From Octopus bimaculoides (taxonomy: Eukaryota), in contig NC_068982.1 of assembly GCF_001194135.2 (NCBI RefSeq), forward strand, positions 92,189,302 through 92,253,301: 64,000 nucleotides of DNA, written 5' to 3'. The notes beneath the pieces were generated by a model, which was given only the letters and a program-made list of their open reading frames with translations, did no database searches and was not told the DNA's origin. Below, piece by piece: positions 1 to 11,856 of this stretch. The position numbers and the translations under genes were made by a program. Positions within the stretch are counted from its first letter, which is position 1; every line of letters starts with the position of its first letter.

Positions 1-1232
1 CTTAATCCGGTAGAATGCCTTCTGTTCCCATTCCTAAACGTGTAGTAGTGGTAATGTTTCTTCAACGGGATACACCGTCTGCAAGTAGTTGGGTTCAGTA
101 TATATATATATATATATAAATAAACATTATGCGCATTATTATATTAGGAGATTCTTCAAACATTCCATGCTTCCATAATTCACCAATGCTACTCCTGATG
201 TGCTTATACACCCTTTCCTCTTTATGACCCTTTTACTGTGCAATATTCTGTTTACATGTTTTATTCTGTATACTATGCATGTATTTTTGATTATCACCGA
301 TGTCTTTCTTTAATTAGATTACTGGGATCTAGCTTTGAAAGCAGATGTGAAATAATGATGATGATGATATCTCCTCTTTTACCATTTTCTAATGAGTTAT
401 AGTACAATTGAGCACCACATACAATAACCTCATAATCTATACCGGGCTTTACACTTATTATGACACTGACAACAAAGGATGCAATGATAGTTTTGATGCA
501 GTTAGACACATTTTTATTGTTTTAACATATAAATATGTATTTAAATATTAATATTAGTTAATGTGATTGCCCTCTTTGGAAAGAGGGAAAATGAAAGAGA
601 ATGTGTTTACTAAAGGGAACAGCACAAAGTGTTATTTTTCTTGTTTTGTTTTTTAATTTTCATACCACCTGTTTTTTAATGCATGCACTTTAGTGAAGTA
701 ATTATTGGCTGCTCAGTCAAAGCTTATAAAATATGGCCAACAACTGACAAGGTAAAACTAACAAAACAAAGAATCATAAGGTTTTTTCTCAAATAATCAT
801 ATTGTTAAAACTTTACCAACATAGTGAAGCAGAATAATATTATAGATAATATCTTTGATTTTGCTCCGTAGTTAATACTGTTTACTTCTGAACATAAAGT
901 GAAAAATAACAGACAATTCACAAAGTAGAACATGTAAGAATATAAAATCTTTCAGATGTTTCTTGAGATTGCACCTTTAATACTACTTACATGGACTTTT
1001 ATATCATCTCAAGGTTCTAACAGTTCAGAAAATTATACGATTCCATCATATAATTTTCAAAATAACCATGGAATTTCCATGGGGTATTACTAGTTATTAT
1101 TAATTTACTAGTGCATGACTTATTGTTTCATGCCTGATATAAGTAATACTTTGTATCGTTGAAATATAGGTTTATTTCCAACAAAGAATTAAGTAAAAGA
1201 AGCTAGAACAATAGAGAAATAAAAGAAACTCT

Positions 1233-1639
1233 GGCGATCTTTCGGTACGAGTCCTAAATATCGGCCTTTTCCATAAAAAGTGTCTTCGGCGATCTTTACC
1301 AAAGATCAGCCTTTTCCGTAACACCCTCACGATCTTCACTACGGTGTTAGGGTGAGGGTTTTAGTGTCAGGGTTAGGGTTAGTGTTTAGGGTTACGGTTA
1401 GGGACGGAATTCCCTAACGCAAACCCTAAAACCCAAACCCTAACTGTAAACCTAACCCTAACCCTAACTCTAAACCCCTCAAAATTAATCGCGCTCTCTG
1501 TATGTCTTTCGCTGTTATGACGTCGTTTCCCTGTTTCTCTCCAACACTTTTTACGGAAAAGGCTGATCTTTGGTAAAGATCGCCGAAGACACTTTTTACG
1601 GAAAAGGCCAATATTTAGGACTCATACCAAAAGATCGCC
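1233..1639. mobile_element. Merlin-like non-autonomous DNA transposon (MITE) with telomere-like internal repeats
   Basis: 89-bp TIRs (1233-1321 / 1551-1639, 4 mismatches) starting GGCGATC. Exact 8-bp TSD GAAACTCT at 1225-1232 and 1640-1647. Interior has TTAGGG-like repeats followed by CCCTAA-like repeats. Confidence 0.8.
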
Positions 1640-2526
1640 GAAACTCTTAATAGATCAAAAAACATTAGTTTATAACTGTTTTTATTTCTATGTACAACAT
1701 TGTGACATAGTCCCACTAGATGACCCTCGGGATTTTTCTGAAGCACCTTTAGTGGAATACATTTAGTTTTCTATCCATCTTTATTGTGCTCTTCCAAGTT
1801 TCACTAGCATAGATTGCAGTAAGCTGAACTATGGAGTTATACAGATGAAATTTCACATCAGTGCTGATGTTTTAGACTGTCCAGATGGAATGCATATGCT
1901 AGAACACTGCTGCCACCTTTCCAGTCCTACAGACTATGTCCAGTTCCATATCACTTGTCCTGCTTGCAACACTTCTATCGTGTGTGGCTAATAAAGAAAT
2001 TTATCTTGTGTTGGTTGACTTTAATAGCTACTTCTTGGTGCATAGTATTGCCTACCTTCATCGTTTTCATCTTCACTATGCCGATCCTTAGCCTGATCTT
2101 CTCCACATTTTGTTACTGGGATATTGTCAACTCTTGCAGATCTACTGTTTTCTGCTATCAATGACAGATCCTTTCAAAATGAATGGTTTAACTGATAAAT
2201 TTATTAAAGACTTTGTACATCTAATAGTAAAGTATTAGATCATCACTGTAATAGTGTATGCAATTCAGTTTAAAATGATGTATCATAATTAGTGCAATCT
2301 TTTTAACTTTGAAAATTGTTTGATTTTAACCTTATTTTCATTAATTTTTGGCCTTATTTTTAAATTTTATTGACAGACTTTAACCTCATTTTAACCTTAT
2401 TATTATTATTAATAAATCCATAAATACACTAGTTTTAATTACTTTATGTTATGGGATTATTATCAAAACAGTTAAAAATAGCTATTCTGGAAATTTATTA
2501 AAGTATAATATTATATAATGCTTTAT

Positions 2527-3772
2527 ATTGGATCATCCATAAATAATGTACTTTTTTTATACTTCTTTTATTTTTGAAAATTAAGATAAACAAAAGTTCT
2601 TTTTTAATCAAAAATATACTCTCCTTCATTTTCTACAATGCTCTTCCATCTATCTGGTAGACTTGCAAGGACCCTCTTCCAAAATTCACTTGTCTGTGAC
2701 AAAAAATACCTCTCCAGTACTGTTCTGACTTTGTCTACAGAATTCATATTTTTTCTGTCCAAATGATTTTGAAGACTACAGAATAAATGATAATCAGATG
2801 AGGCAATGTCCAGTGAACATGGTGGGTGAGGCATTGTTTCCCATTCAAACTGCTCCAACGTTTGGAATGTCATCCTCACTGTATGTGGCTGAGCATTATC
2901 CTGGTGGAAGAACATCTTTCGTCTTGAAACCAAAGATGATCCTTTTTCTTCTAGTGCTGACTTAAGCCACTCAAGCTGCTCACAGTAGATCTCCTTTGTT
3001 ATCGTTTGGTTTGGGTTTAACCCTTCTGTTACCAACCCAGCTGAAACTCGCTCTGGCTCTGGCTCTGTAGTACAGATGTCTTGTTTTCATAAGTTTTGAA
3101 TTAAAATCTTCCACCAAACATTAGTCACAATTTATGCTCCTAACACTAGCTTAATGATAACTAAGTTATTTTACTTAATTCTTTGTTATATTTAAAATAA
3201 TTGAAAGAAACACAGAGCATCTCAAAATAAATACAGTAACAAAAGGGTTAAAAGTTCAAAGTGGACTAAACCTCTCATATCCCACTAAACAGGTAACAAT
3301 ACCTTACGTGGGTGAAAACCTTCTTTGGCCTGGGGTGTTGGTGTTTCTCCTTTCCTTACCCACTGTCTTTGACACTTGACATTTTTATAGAGAACCCATT
3401 TCTCATCACCCAGTCACTATTCAGTACAAAAAAGGTTCATTTGTGAGACGTGAAAGCAAAGAAGAGCACACATTCACTCTCTCTGTGTGATTAGACTGGA
3501 AAGTTTGTTAGGAACCCATTGACCCAATTTGCTGAGTTTTCCTATGGCACACAGGTGTCAATGAATGGTTGAATGACCAAATTCTGGCTTCTCTGCTAGT
3601 TCTTCAACAGTTATGACAGGCTTTTGTTCCAATAGGATTTGCAGGACATCCTCATCAAGCTCTACAGATCTTACAGGATGAGGCTCATCTTCTAGGATGG
3701 AATTTCTGGAACCACCATTGATACTGGTTTACACTGATGTCGCTTGTATCAGATCTCCATATACTGTGGGTG
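2527..3772 (-). mobile_element. Decayed mariner (DD34D) transposase element, interrupted by a MITE
   Basis: Minus strand reads VYGD...WWFQKF...LEDEP...GQWVPNKL...GDEKWVLY...WDMRGLVHFELLNPNQTI...HQDNAQPH...HPPCSLDIASSDYHLF. It has stops and frameshifts, and a terminal TIR-like ATTGGATCATCCATAAATAATG near 2527. Confidence 0.9.
3021..3247. mobile_element. piggyBac-type MITE inserted into the mariner ORF
   Basis: TTAA at 3017-3020 and 3248-3251, with CCCTTCTGTTAC / GTAACAAAAGGG termini. Removing it restores the frame HFELLNPNQT. Confidence 0.9.
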
Positions 3773-3789
3773 AAACTTTGGGGTTCATT

Positions 3790-4325
3790 AGTTAAATTAT
3801 TGAATTAATTTGGTTTTTTATTGAATCTAAAATCAATGTAATTGATGGTGCAACATGGATCTGTGCTGAATTTCACTTTTTGAGGCTTTTATAAGCATAG
3901 TAGATGGCAAAGGCTGTTCACTCAGCTTTCAAAATCAACTCTTTCAACTGCAGGTTGTTTGTGAGGTTAGTCCTGATCTCAGGATTTTGCACAGTTTCTT
4001 TTGATCTCCGCACCAAAATACTTTTGTCCTCAAAACTCTCTACAATTTTTATAACTTCTGCAAGGGTTTCGGCATAGTAATTACGGGTATCTAACCAGTT
4101 ATCACACCTGGTCACAGTCAGCTGAGGTGGATATCTGATTGTTTTGAATTGCACTTGACAGTGTTTGTTTTTCACAGTAGCAACCTTAACAATGGCAATC
4201 AGACTGTCAACTGCAGGATAGAAAGCCTTTATTTTCAGAGCACAGTTGTGCAGAAGGTGGGAGAAGCAAGTTACATGAAAGAGCTTTATTCCATGATTTT
4301 TAACTTCATTAACTTTAAAAAGTGA
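3790..4325 (-). mobile_element. hAT-related transposase remnant
   Basis: The frame extends upstream of ORF 3918..4175 and reads KLFHVTCFSHLLHNCALKIKAFYPAVDSLIAIVKVATVKNK...PPQLTVTRCDNWLDTRNYYAE. This carries the HxxCxxH signature and a PPxPVVTRWGxWL-like motif. Confidence 0.7.
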
Positions 4326-4425
4326 TTAATTACTAAAAAAACATTTTTTTTTATCTTTGATTCTAGACTTTCTATCTTTGGCTCTAAAAATTTTAACTTA
4401 TTGGCAAAAAATTGCCTTCATCATA

Positions 4426-4465
<40 letters not shown>

Positions 4466-5218
4466 AAAATAAGTTCTCAAACCCACAAGAGTAAAAAAGA
4501 GAGACAGAGACAGGCAGAAATAAGGAAAATGCCCCTTGTATTTGAATACTATGCAAATATTCTTTTAAAAAACTCCTCATTTAATTTTTCCAAAATTTAA
4601 TTGTTTTCCATACTTAGAGTTGAAAAAGTCTTGATGGCTGAAATTAGTACTAAAATGTTTTTTATGATAAAATTATTTTACCATTTTCTACCTTGAGTTA
4701 TTTTCCTTATACATTGAATGGATGTGCAGCCAACTCAACCCAGTGAAGGAAGCCTGCCATCCAATGCATTGAGCAGTGCAGGAGTATCTAAAGCTAAAAA
4801 ATTGAATGCAACAAATAACAGACAAGAAATTTTGACAATGAAACATTGTGTTTTCAGTATCTTTAGGAAATTTAATGTTTTCATCCATGAGATGCTTGTG
4901 AGATCCTTTTGGTATAGTAAATTAACTTTGACCAGCAAAAATCTTTTGTCTGATGGATCTCCAACTTTTCTGAGGCTAACATATAACTAACCACTTTTGT
5001 AATATTATAAAGAATGTAACTTGTTAAAATTTAATCGAGAAAAATGAATATTTATTCTTGTTTTCTTGAGAGGAATTTAAAGAAATGAGATTCATCATTT
5101 TCATTCAATCATTCGTTCACACACGCAAACGCACAGAAAAAGAGAGATGAGAGTTGCAAATCAAACCAAAAGTTATGTTACAGACAATCAGATTCTACAA
5201 AAATTATAATAATGTGAG

Positions 5219-5400
5219 AAGGTGGCAAGCAGGCAGAATTGTATTGGATAAAATGCTTAGCAGCATTTCTTCTGACTCTTTGTATTCTGAGTTCAAATAC
5301 TGCTGTGGTTTATTTCTGCCTTTCTTTCTTTCTTTCATGTTTCACAAGATAGGTACCAGTTGAGCACTAGGATTAGTGCAATTGACTTAACCCTCCCTTT
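5219..5400 (+). mobile_element. Degenerate tRNA-derived SINE
   Basis: GGTGGCAAGCAGGCAGAA...TTCTGAGTTCAAAT A/B-box-like head, same family as 36396 and 55906. Confidence 0.55.
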
Positions 5401-5587
5401 AAAATTGCTGACCTTGTGCCAAAATTAGAAAGAATTATTACTCTGTTTGTAATATTCCATTATCCCAGACCAATATATATTCATTCGTTTACAGATTCAG
5501 TTTTCTTTCTATATCTCTACATTCCTTTTTTTTTTTTCATATTTAAACCAAAAATGTTTTTATTTATTTTCTTTTTTTCATCTATAG

Positions 5588-5778
5588 ATGCCGATCTAAT
5601 AGCAGAGAATAATATGTTGAAAGAAGGACAGCTTTGTAAAATTTGTTTAGATGAAAAACTGAGTGTGGTATTTTTACCATGCGGTCATTTTGTCTGTTGT
5701 ACAACATGTGGATCTATTCTTACAGTTTGCCCTGTATGTCGGAAAAGTATTTTACATTTGGTTAAGGTAATTTTCTGA
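5588..5778 (+). CDS. Terminal RING exon of an upstream IAP paralog (rest of gene outside window)
   Basis: CTATAG|AT acceptor after a long T-tract. Reads ADLIAENNMLKEGQLCKICLDEKLSVVFLPCGHFVCCTTCGSILTVCPVCRKSILHLVKVIF*. Same length (191 nt) and phase as 54908-55098, with 40/62 aa identical. No BIR or UBA exon was found in 1-5587. Confidence 0.9.
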
Positions 5779-5929
5779 GTCAATTTTTGACAATGGTAAC
5801 AAAAACATTGAACGTGATGGCAGTGGAGCAAGACTGTTTAGCAACTGCATGCGGATCACTGTATTTCATTCAGAAAAACAGTTCAAGAATATTCGCAATT
5901 TACTACAATGTCATCAAGAAAAATCTGTC

Positions 5930-7060
5930 CTTTCAAGATTTTGTGTGAAACTGGATCTAACAACGGTTTTATCTTCAGCATGGTTTTTCTGACCAAGACC
6001 ATCTCTATACAACAGACTGGACACAGAAGATAGCAGACAAGAAGCCAAACCAGCAATCAGTTGGCCAGAGCACTGTGACAACACAAGTTGTTTGTGCAGT
6101 TCAGAATCCTGGCACTCACATGGTCTAAGTGCCACTCAGGTGAATTTTCATGTGTTGTTACCACCATATATTCAGCCACAAAGCTCATAAATGCTTTCAA
6201 CCCTGTTCATTTCCAGTTTCCCTTTCAGGAAACGATGCAGCCAGGAGCTAGTAGCAGTGGCAGTACCTGCTTTCCCCCTACACCCAGTCACCTTTTCCAA
6301 ATCAGTAACCGCGCTGGTATCCATTTTTTGTGGACACTGGGATAGAAGTTAGTATCCTGCCAGGTAACAAGAAACATTAACCAATTTTTCTCCAGGTTGT
6401 TAACCATTTTCTGATTGTGACCTTCAGAGAAAGATTGATTACTCTGGATCTTGATCTCAGGCAAGTGTCTTGACTTATTCCTGATCATGCTAAGCTTGAG
6501 CACATGCTGGAACTGGGCATAGTTCATCCATGCTGCAGCAATTGTTCTTCACCTCTTCATATTGTCCAAAAATAATCTGCAGGTGACTGGTAGCACTATA
6601 GTTGCTATTACCTTCTTAATGCACATGCAAAGCCCGATAAATTCCCTGTACTTCATTTTCAGAACTTTTCTTCCACTCAAGAGTATTTTCAAAAACTGGA
6701 GCTTAAGTGTTTTCAAAAATTGATCTCATTTGTGCATCCAATCAAATACTCATCAAACCGGAGGATATTCTTAAAATGGCTATCACTACTCTCTTCACAA
6801 TTTTCAAATTTCACGAAATGCCATTTGGTTTATACAATGTTTCTTCCACTTGCCAGCATTTCATTGATACTGTAGTCTGAGGTTTACCTTGTGTCTATGC
6901 ATATATTGATGACTTACCCATTACCAATATAACTGAAGATGAGCACAAAAAACATCAGCTGCTAGCTTTTCTAATTCAAACTCCTTTATATCTTTCACAC
7001 CTGCAATTCCTGCACTATTCTCATCATTTTTTTCAATTCACTGTGAATGGGCATTTTCAC
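5930..7060 (+). mobile_element. Decayed Gypsy/Ty3 LTR retrotransposon (gag C-terminus and RT fragments)
   Basis: Gag-like CYHHIFSHKAHKCFQPCSFP near 6150-6220. RT reads ELGIVHP..SSPLHIV...FSKIDL...MPFGLYN...YAYIDD (YIDD at 6902-6913), with many stops. Confidence 0.8.
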
Positions 7061-7989
7061 TGGAGGAGAAAATGCCCATTATTGACAAATGGCAATTGGT
7101 AGACATTAAGCAGAACAAGTAGCTGGCCAGCTAAACAACAGGCAGATGGCAAAAACACAAAACAATAGGCAGATGGCAACAGTATTTTCACTTAACATCA
7201 TGACAGCAACTATTATGATATCTATTCCAAGAGCAATAAACTTTTATCAATGTTAGTGTCCACAGCAACAACTCCTTTTTGTTTATGATAAAAATATTTT
7301 TCTATCAAAAATCTCTTACAGTTTTCTGTGTTCTTTATCATAACAACAGCAACAACACTGGCAACAATTAGTCATGTACAACAACTGCATAGTAGCAATC
7401 CAGGTAGCTACCTCGAAGTTGTTAATGTGTTTCTGGTATTGAAGTGACCTAGTTAGTAGTGGAGTGGGGACTGTTCTGAAAGCATAATAACTAGAATGAT
7501 AATAGGTTGGAAAAAAGTTCAGGAGCTACTACCCTTGCTAACAACAAAAAAAGTCTGTCACTGAATGAAATGTAAATTGTATGATGTGCATGTGCAAAGT
7601 GTGATGTTGCATAGTAGGGAAATGTGGTTTTTAATTAATAATGTCTGTGGAAACTAGAAAGAAATGAAGTGAGCATGCTTCATTGGATGTGTAATGTTAG
7701 TGCATATGAATGTTGAACTATACATGAGCTGAAAGAAAAGCTGGATATAAGAGGAAGTAAATCAGTGTAAGAAAGAATACTGTAATGATATGTATAGATG
7801 AGGACAGCTGTACAAGTATAAAGAAGTGCTGGTCACTTAATGAGGATGGAGCTTGCCAAAGAGAAGGACCAAGAAAGACTTGGGATGGTATGGTGAAAAC
7901 TGAACAATAGTAGTAGCAGTAGCTTCAGGGTTACATGCGGCTGATCCATGGTTGAGAAATATTAGATAAGAATGAAGGGCGGTGTCATT

Positions 7990-8185
7990 TACATAATAGT
8001 GGGTGTTGTTAGATGTGATAGTAAGTAGATCATTAATGTATAAAAGTAAGAGAGTTGGGATAAAACTGAATCTTGAGACATGCCAGAGTTGATAGGGTAT
8101 GTGACATCTGACTGTTCAAAAAAGACTTCAAAAATAACTAGTAGTGACTTCTCTTGAAAGTGGACAAAATTTGGCATTGTCATGT
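7990..8185 (-). mobile_element. LINE (CR1/L2-like) RT fragment
   Basis: INSGMSQDSVLSQL resembles the GVPQGSVLSP motif. Confidence 0.55.
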
Positions 8186-9074
8186 TATGAAGTACATACA
8201 GAAAAGAGTTTAGCCCCCAACAACATTCATGCTGACATGCTTGCTACATTAGGGGATGACGCTCCAGTTTTAACAACAGTGCAAAAGTGGGTAGCTGAAT
8301 ATTGAAAATGACCCAAGGTCCAGACGTCCTGCAACTGCCAAAAATGCGGAAAACATTGATTGTGTTCACCACATGCTGATAGCTGACAGGTGATTGACTA
8401 TAAATCGAATCGCTAATGCTATTAGCATATCCCATGAGAGTTTTGAGAATATTCAGCACAATGAACTTGGCATGATGAAGGTTTCTGTCTGGTGGGTGCC
8501 ACATTTTCTGACACCCTTCTTCTCCTGCACCAAAGAAGGCCAAAGTCATTTCATCTGCAAGAAAGGTAAGACCTCAGGTTTTTTAATGCAAAAGGCATTG
8601 TATTTATTGATTATCTTCAAAAAAGGTTATGCCATCAGTGGAGAATACTATGCCAACTTGCTGAGACAGTTATGAATGGTTATCAAGACCAAACACCCAG
8701 TAAAACTGACGAAGGGGGTTTTGTTTTACTGGGACAGTGCTCCTGCACAAAGTCCTTGCTTTCAATAGCTTCTGTGCATGGCTGTGGTTTTGAACTGATT
8801 GATTACCCTCCCAGTTTTCCTGATTTGGCCTCATCTGACTATTGTCTGTTCTCCAACATGAAAAAACACTTGGCTGGAAACTAGTATTGCAGGGATAACA
8901 ACATTATATCTACTGTTGATGACTTTTTTGACCAACAGGATGACAGCTTCTTCACCAGTGGGGTACAAGCACTGCAACACTGATGGAGGATGTATGTGAA
9001 TTGCAAGGGGGACTATATTGGTCATATTCCATGAGAGTGTCTTGGTCAGCCAATGAACTTTTCAGCCAACCTTC
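8185..9074 (+). mobile_element. Internally deleted mariner element (second family)
   Basis: VMKYIQKK...VQKWVAE, WWVPHFLT, YANLLRQL and YPPSFPDLASSDYCLFSNMKKHL. Right TIR-like AACTTTTCAGCCAACCTTC at about 9055-9074. Confidence 0.85.
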
Positions 9075-9729
9075 AAATGCGACAAATTTAAATTCATTAT
9101 GCAAGTCACTGATAATAAAGGTGCAGTAGAACCTCACAGTATAAGTGCACCATTGTATGAGTAATTTGCTGTATGAGCTGAGGCTTGTGCGAATTTTTGT
9201 CTTGAAGTACAAGCAGAAATCACAGTACGAGCACACAAATCATCCCATCTTTAAAGTAATTCAGTTAATAAAACCAGTTTACGTATTTCTTTTGCATTCT
9301 CTTTTTTACAATTGCCATTTTACTTGTGACTACACCTTTTCTGTTTTAAAACCCATAAAAAATTATTTTTGAGTAGTTTTGATGGGCTGGAATGGATTAA
9401 TTATATTTTAGTCAATTTCAATGGGGAAAATTGATTTGTAAAACGAGTAAATCATAAGACGAGCTCTGTCATGGAACAAATTAAACTCATACTGCAAGGT
9501 ATCAAGTTGTTTCTGAAATATGCATTTATCGGGAGTTTTTGTCATTAGTGTTACTTCATTACATTTGTGTAAGTATAAGTATTTTGAAAAACAATTTTTA
9601 GAAGTTTCAGTGTTTGTTTTATGCAGAGTCATTGTTTCTATTCTCCCTTTTTATTGCGTTGATAACTAATGGAGATAATTGATAAGAACATCTGATATTT
9701 TTTTCAGAAATATAATCAAGCTTGTTTTA

Positions 9730-10350
9730 CCCATTATATTCATCCATCCATTTTCTCTGCCCCCTATTCCTGGGTGGGTCATGGAGATAGAGTCCCCAGA
9801 TCCCTACTCCATAAGGCTGTACCTGAAATAATCATCATCACACTTTCCAGCTGGATTCCCAAGCATGACCAACTGCATCTCTGAATATTATCCAACCATC
9901 TCATTCTTGATCTACCGCTAGGTCTCCTGCCAGTTGGCTAGACTTGAAGAATCTATCTTGCAATCCTATCTTGTGACATTTTAATCACATATCCATACTA
10001 CTAGAGCTGTGACCTCTCAATGTGAAGTAATGTGCTATGGGACATGCTGTGAAGGGTTTTGCAGAGTTTTAGATTAACAACCAACTTCTGGTTGCCTTGG
10101 AGTCTCCACATGAATGTCTAGATATTTGTGTTTTGGTAAATAGTACTAAGTTGCAAACTTTTTAACATGGGTATTGGTTCGTCAGAAGGTGATTTCCAAT
10201 ATACACTGAATGGGTTTGCTGCCAAGTTCTGCAAGGCAACTATGAGAATAAGTGTTACCCATTATATTTATCCATTTCTAAGACAACTGGAGAAATTTGG
10301 CTGCAGTTGTGGCAGGTGGAGTGCTGGAATGGAGGTTTGCAAAACTGTGA
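9730..10350 (-). mobile_element. RTE-like LINE 3' fragment
   Basis: Minus strand resembles an RTE ORF C-terminus (RPSGRSRMRWLDNIQ). Heavily decayed. Confidence 0.4.
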
Positions 10351-10559
10351 AACATTTGAATCAACAATAAGTCAATATATAAACACTAAAATGTTATATA
10401 CAATTGACAGCATCAACAACAGCAGTGACAAGTACACCTAAGCCAACTTACAATAACAGCCTCAACACATAGCAACACCTTTATCAAACATATCTTGAAA
10501 ATCAGCTACCAAAAATCTCACAAAGTAAACAGAGACACAAAGCCAAAAATATACACCAA

Positions 10560-11185
10560 TGCATGATTTTGGCCCCTTCCTTCCATCAGATAAACAAAGT
10601 GGAAAAATAATAAATCAATCTAAAAATTCAAAAGCTTCAAAGCTAGATAAAATTACAAACAGGCATCTAAACTGCACAAGGGTTAAAGGAATTAATACAC
10701 TTACCAATAATTAGAACTACCACCAATACTGTCATATTACCAGAATCTGAAAGCTCTTCAAATTCATGGCAATTCTAAAGTTCAACAAAAACTTATATGA
10801 AATTTCATCATATGGACCTATCACTCTACTATACACAATAATTCTAGAAAGACACTAGTAAGCCTGGAATCTCCCTCTCTTAATTACAACCCAATTCAGA
10901 TCAATACAGCCAACCAATATACTTCATTTGAACTTAACACAAAGGCAACAGGACACCCTCAACTACATAAACTTCCCATACACATTATTCTACTGCCATC
11001 AAGTTTATTTTCCTGCTATATACTTACACAACACAAAAAAACAACTCAAAATGATGGCTAACAAACTACCTGCCAGGTCATCAAAGTAGTGTCCGAGAAC
11101 AACACTGCCAGAATTAGCTATTTCTTGCTTGGGACTACCACAGGGGCCTGTCCTCTCAACCATTTCCAATGTGTTCTCAGTGCTT
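10560..11185 (+). mobile_element. LINE RT remnant (Jockey/I-like)
   Basis: A/C-rich coding-like strand with KASKLDKITNRHL-like and GLPQGPVLS motifs. Confidence 0.5.
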
Positions 11186-11579
11186 ATTACCACTGTGTGT
11201 CTTACATATAATAAATCACGATGTGTCCTGTTGGTCATGCTTGGGGGAAAGAAGAGTAAAACAACAAACAGAGTAGGAGTTAGTGACAAACAGTCAGAGG
11301 TAGTAAAGCATGCAAACAGCCTTCAAATATTTTGCTCTGAAGGACGCTGGCATTTTAATCAAAATAAACAACAACGAAAAAAACAGAGATACGAGACATG
11401 CAACATAAAGAGTATCGCGGAATAGATGGACAGGGACAACTGACAAAGGGATATACTCTTTATGTTGCATGTCTTGTTTCTCTGTTTTTTTTCGTTGTTC
11501 AAAAAAAGTTTGTTTTCTGTTTTCATTTTTCGTTTCTCATTGTGTTCAATGTTTTTTTTTTATGTCCTGTACCCATATA

Positions 11580-11703
11580 TGCATGTATGTATACATATAG
11601 ATGTAGGTATGTACATATATGTATGGATATATACATATATCTATATATTTATATTATTATATATATATAGGTATATATATGTAGGTAGGTATANNNNNNN
11701 NNN

Positions 11704-11769
<66 letters not shown>

Positions 11770-11856
11770 GTGTGTGTGTGTCTATGTATATCTCATGTAT
11801 GTATATGTGTGTATATACGTATGTATATATATATATAATGTGTGTGTGTGTGTGTG
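11580..11856. repeat. (TA)n/(TG)n compound microsatellite with small gap
   Basis: Direct sequence. Similar tracts at 100-117, 4428-4461, 16470-16530, 22098-22155, 23030-23065, 47165-47258, 52290-52330 and 52975-53080. Confidence 0.95.

Noticed and set aside
1345-1478. Ancestral chromosome end-to-end fusion site
   Set aside because: The head-to-head telomeric repeats are short, degenerate and enclosed by TIRs with a perfect TSD, so they arrived as part of a transposon.
4718-4990. Upstream coding exon of the first IAP paralog
   Set aside because: No convincing acceptor/donor pair and no similarity to the BIR, UBA or linker exons of the downstream gene.
5588-5778. Alternative terminal exon of the complete IAP gene
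   Set aside because: It lies upstream of that gene on the same strand, so it cannot be cis-spliced to it. It must belong to a paralog outside the window.
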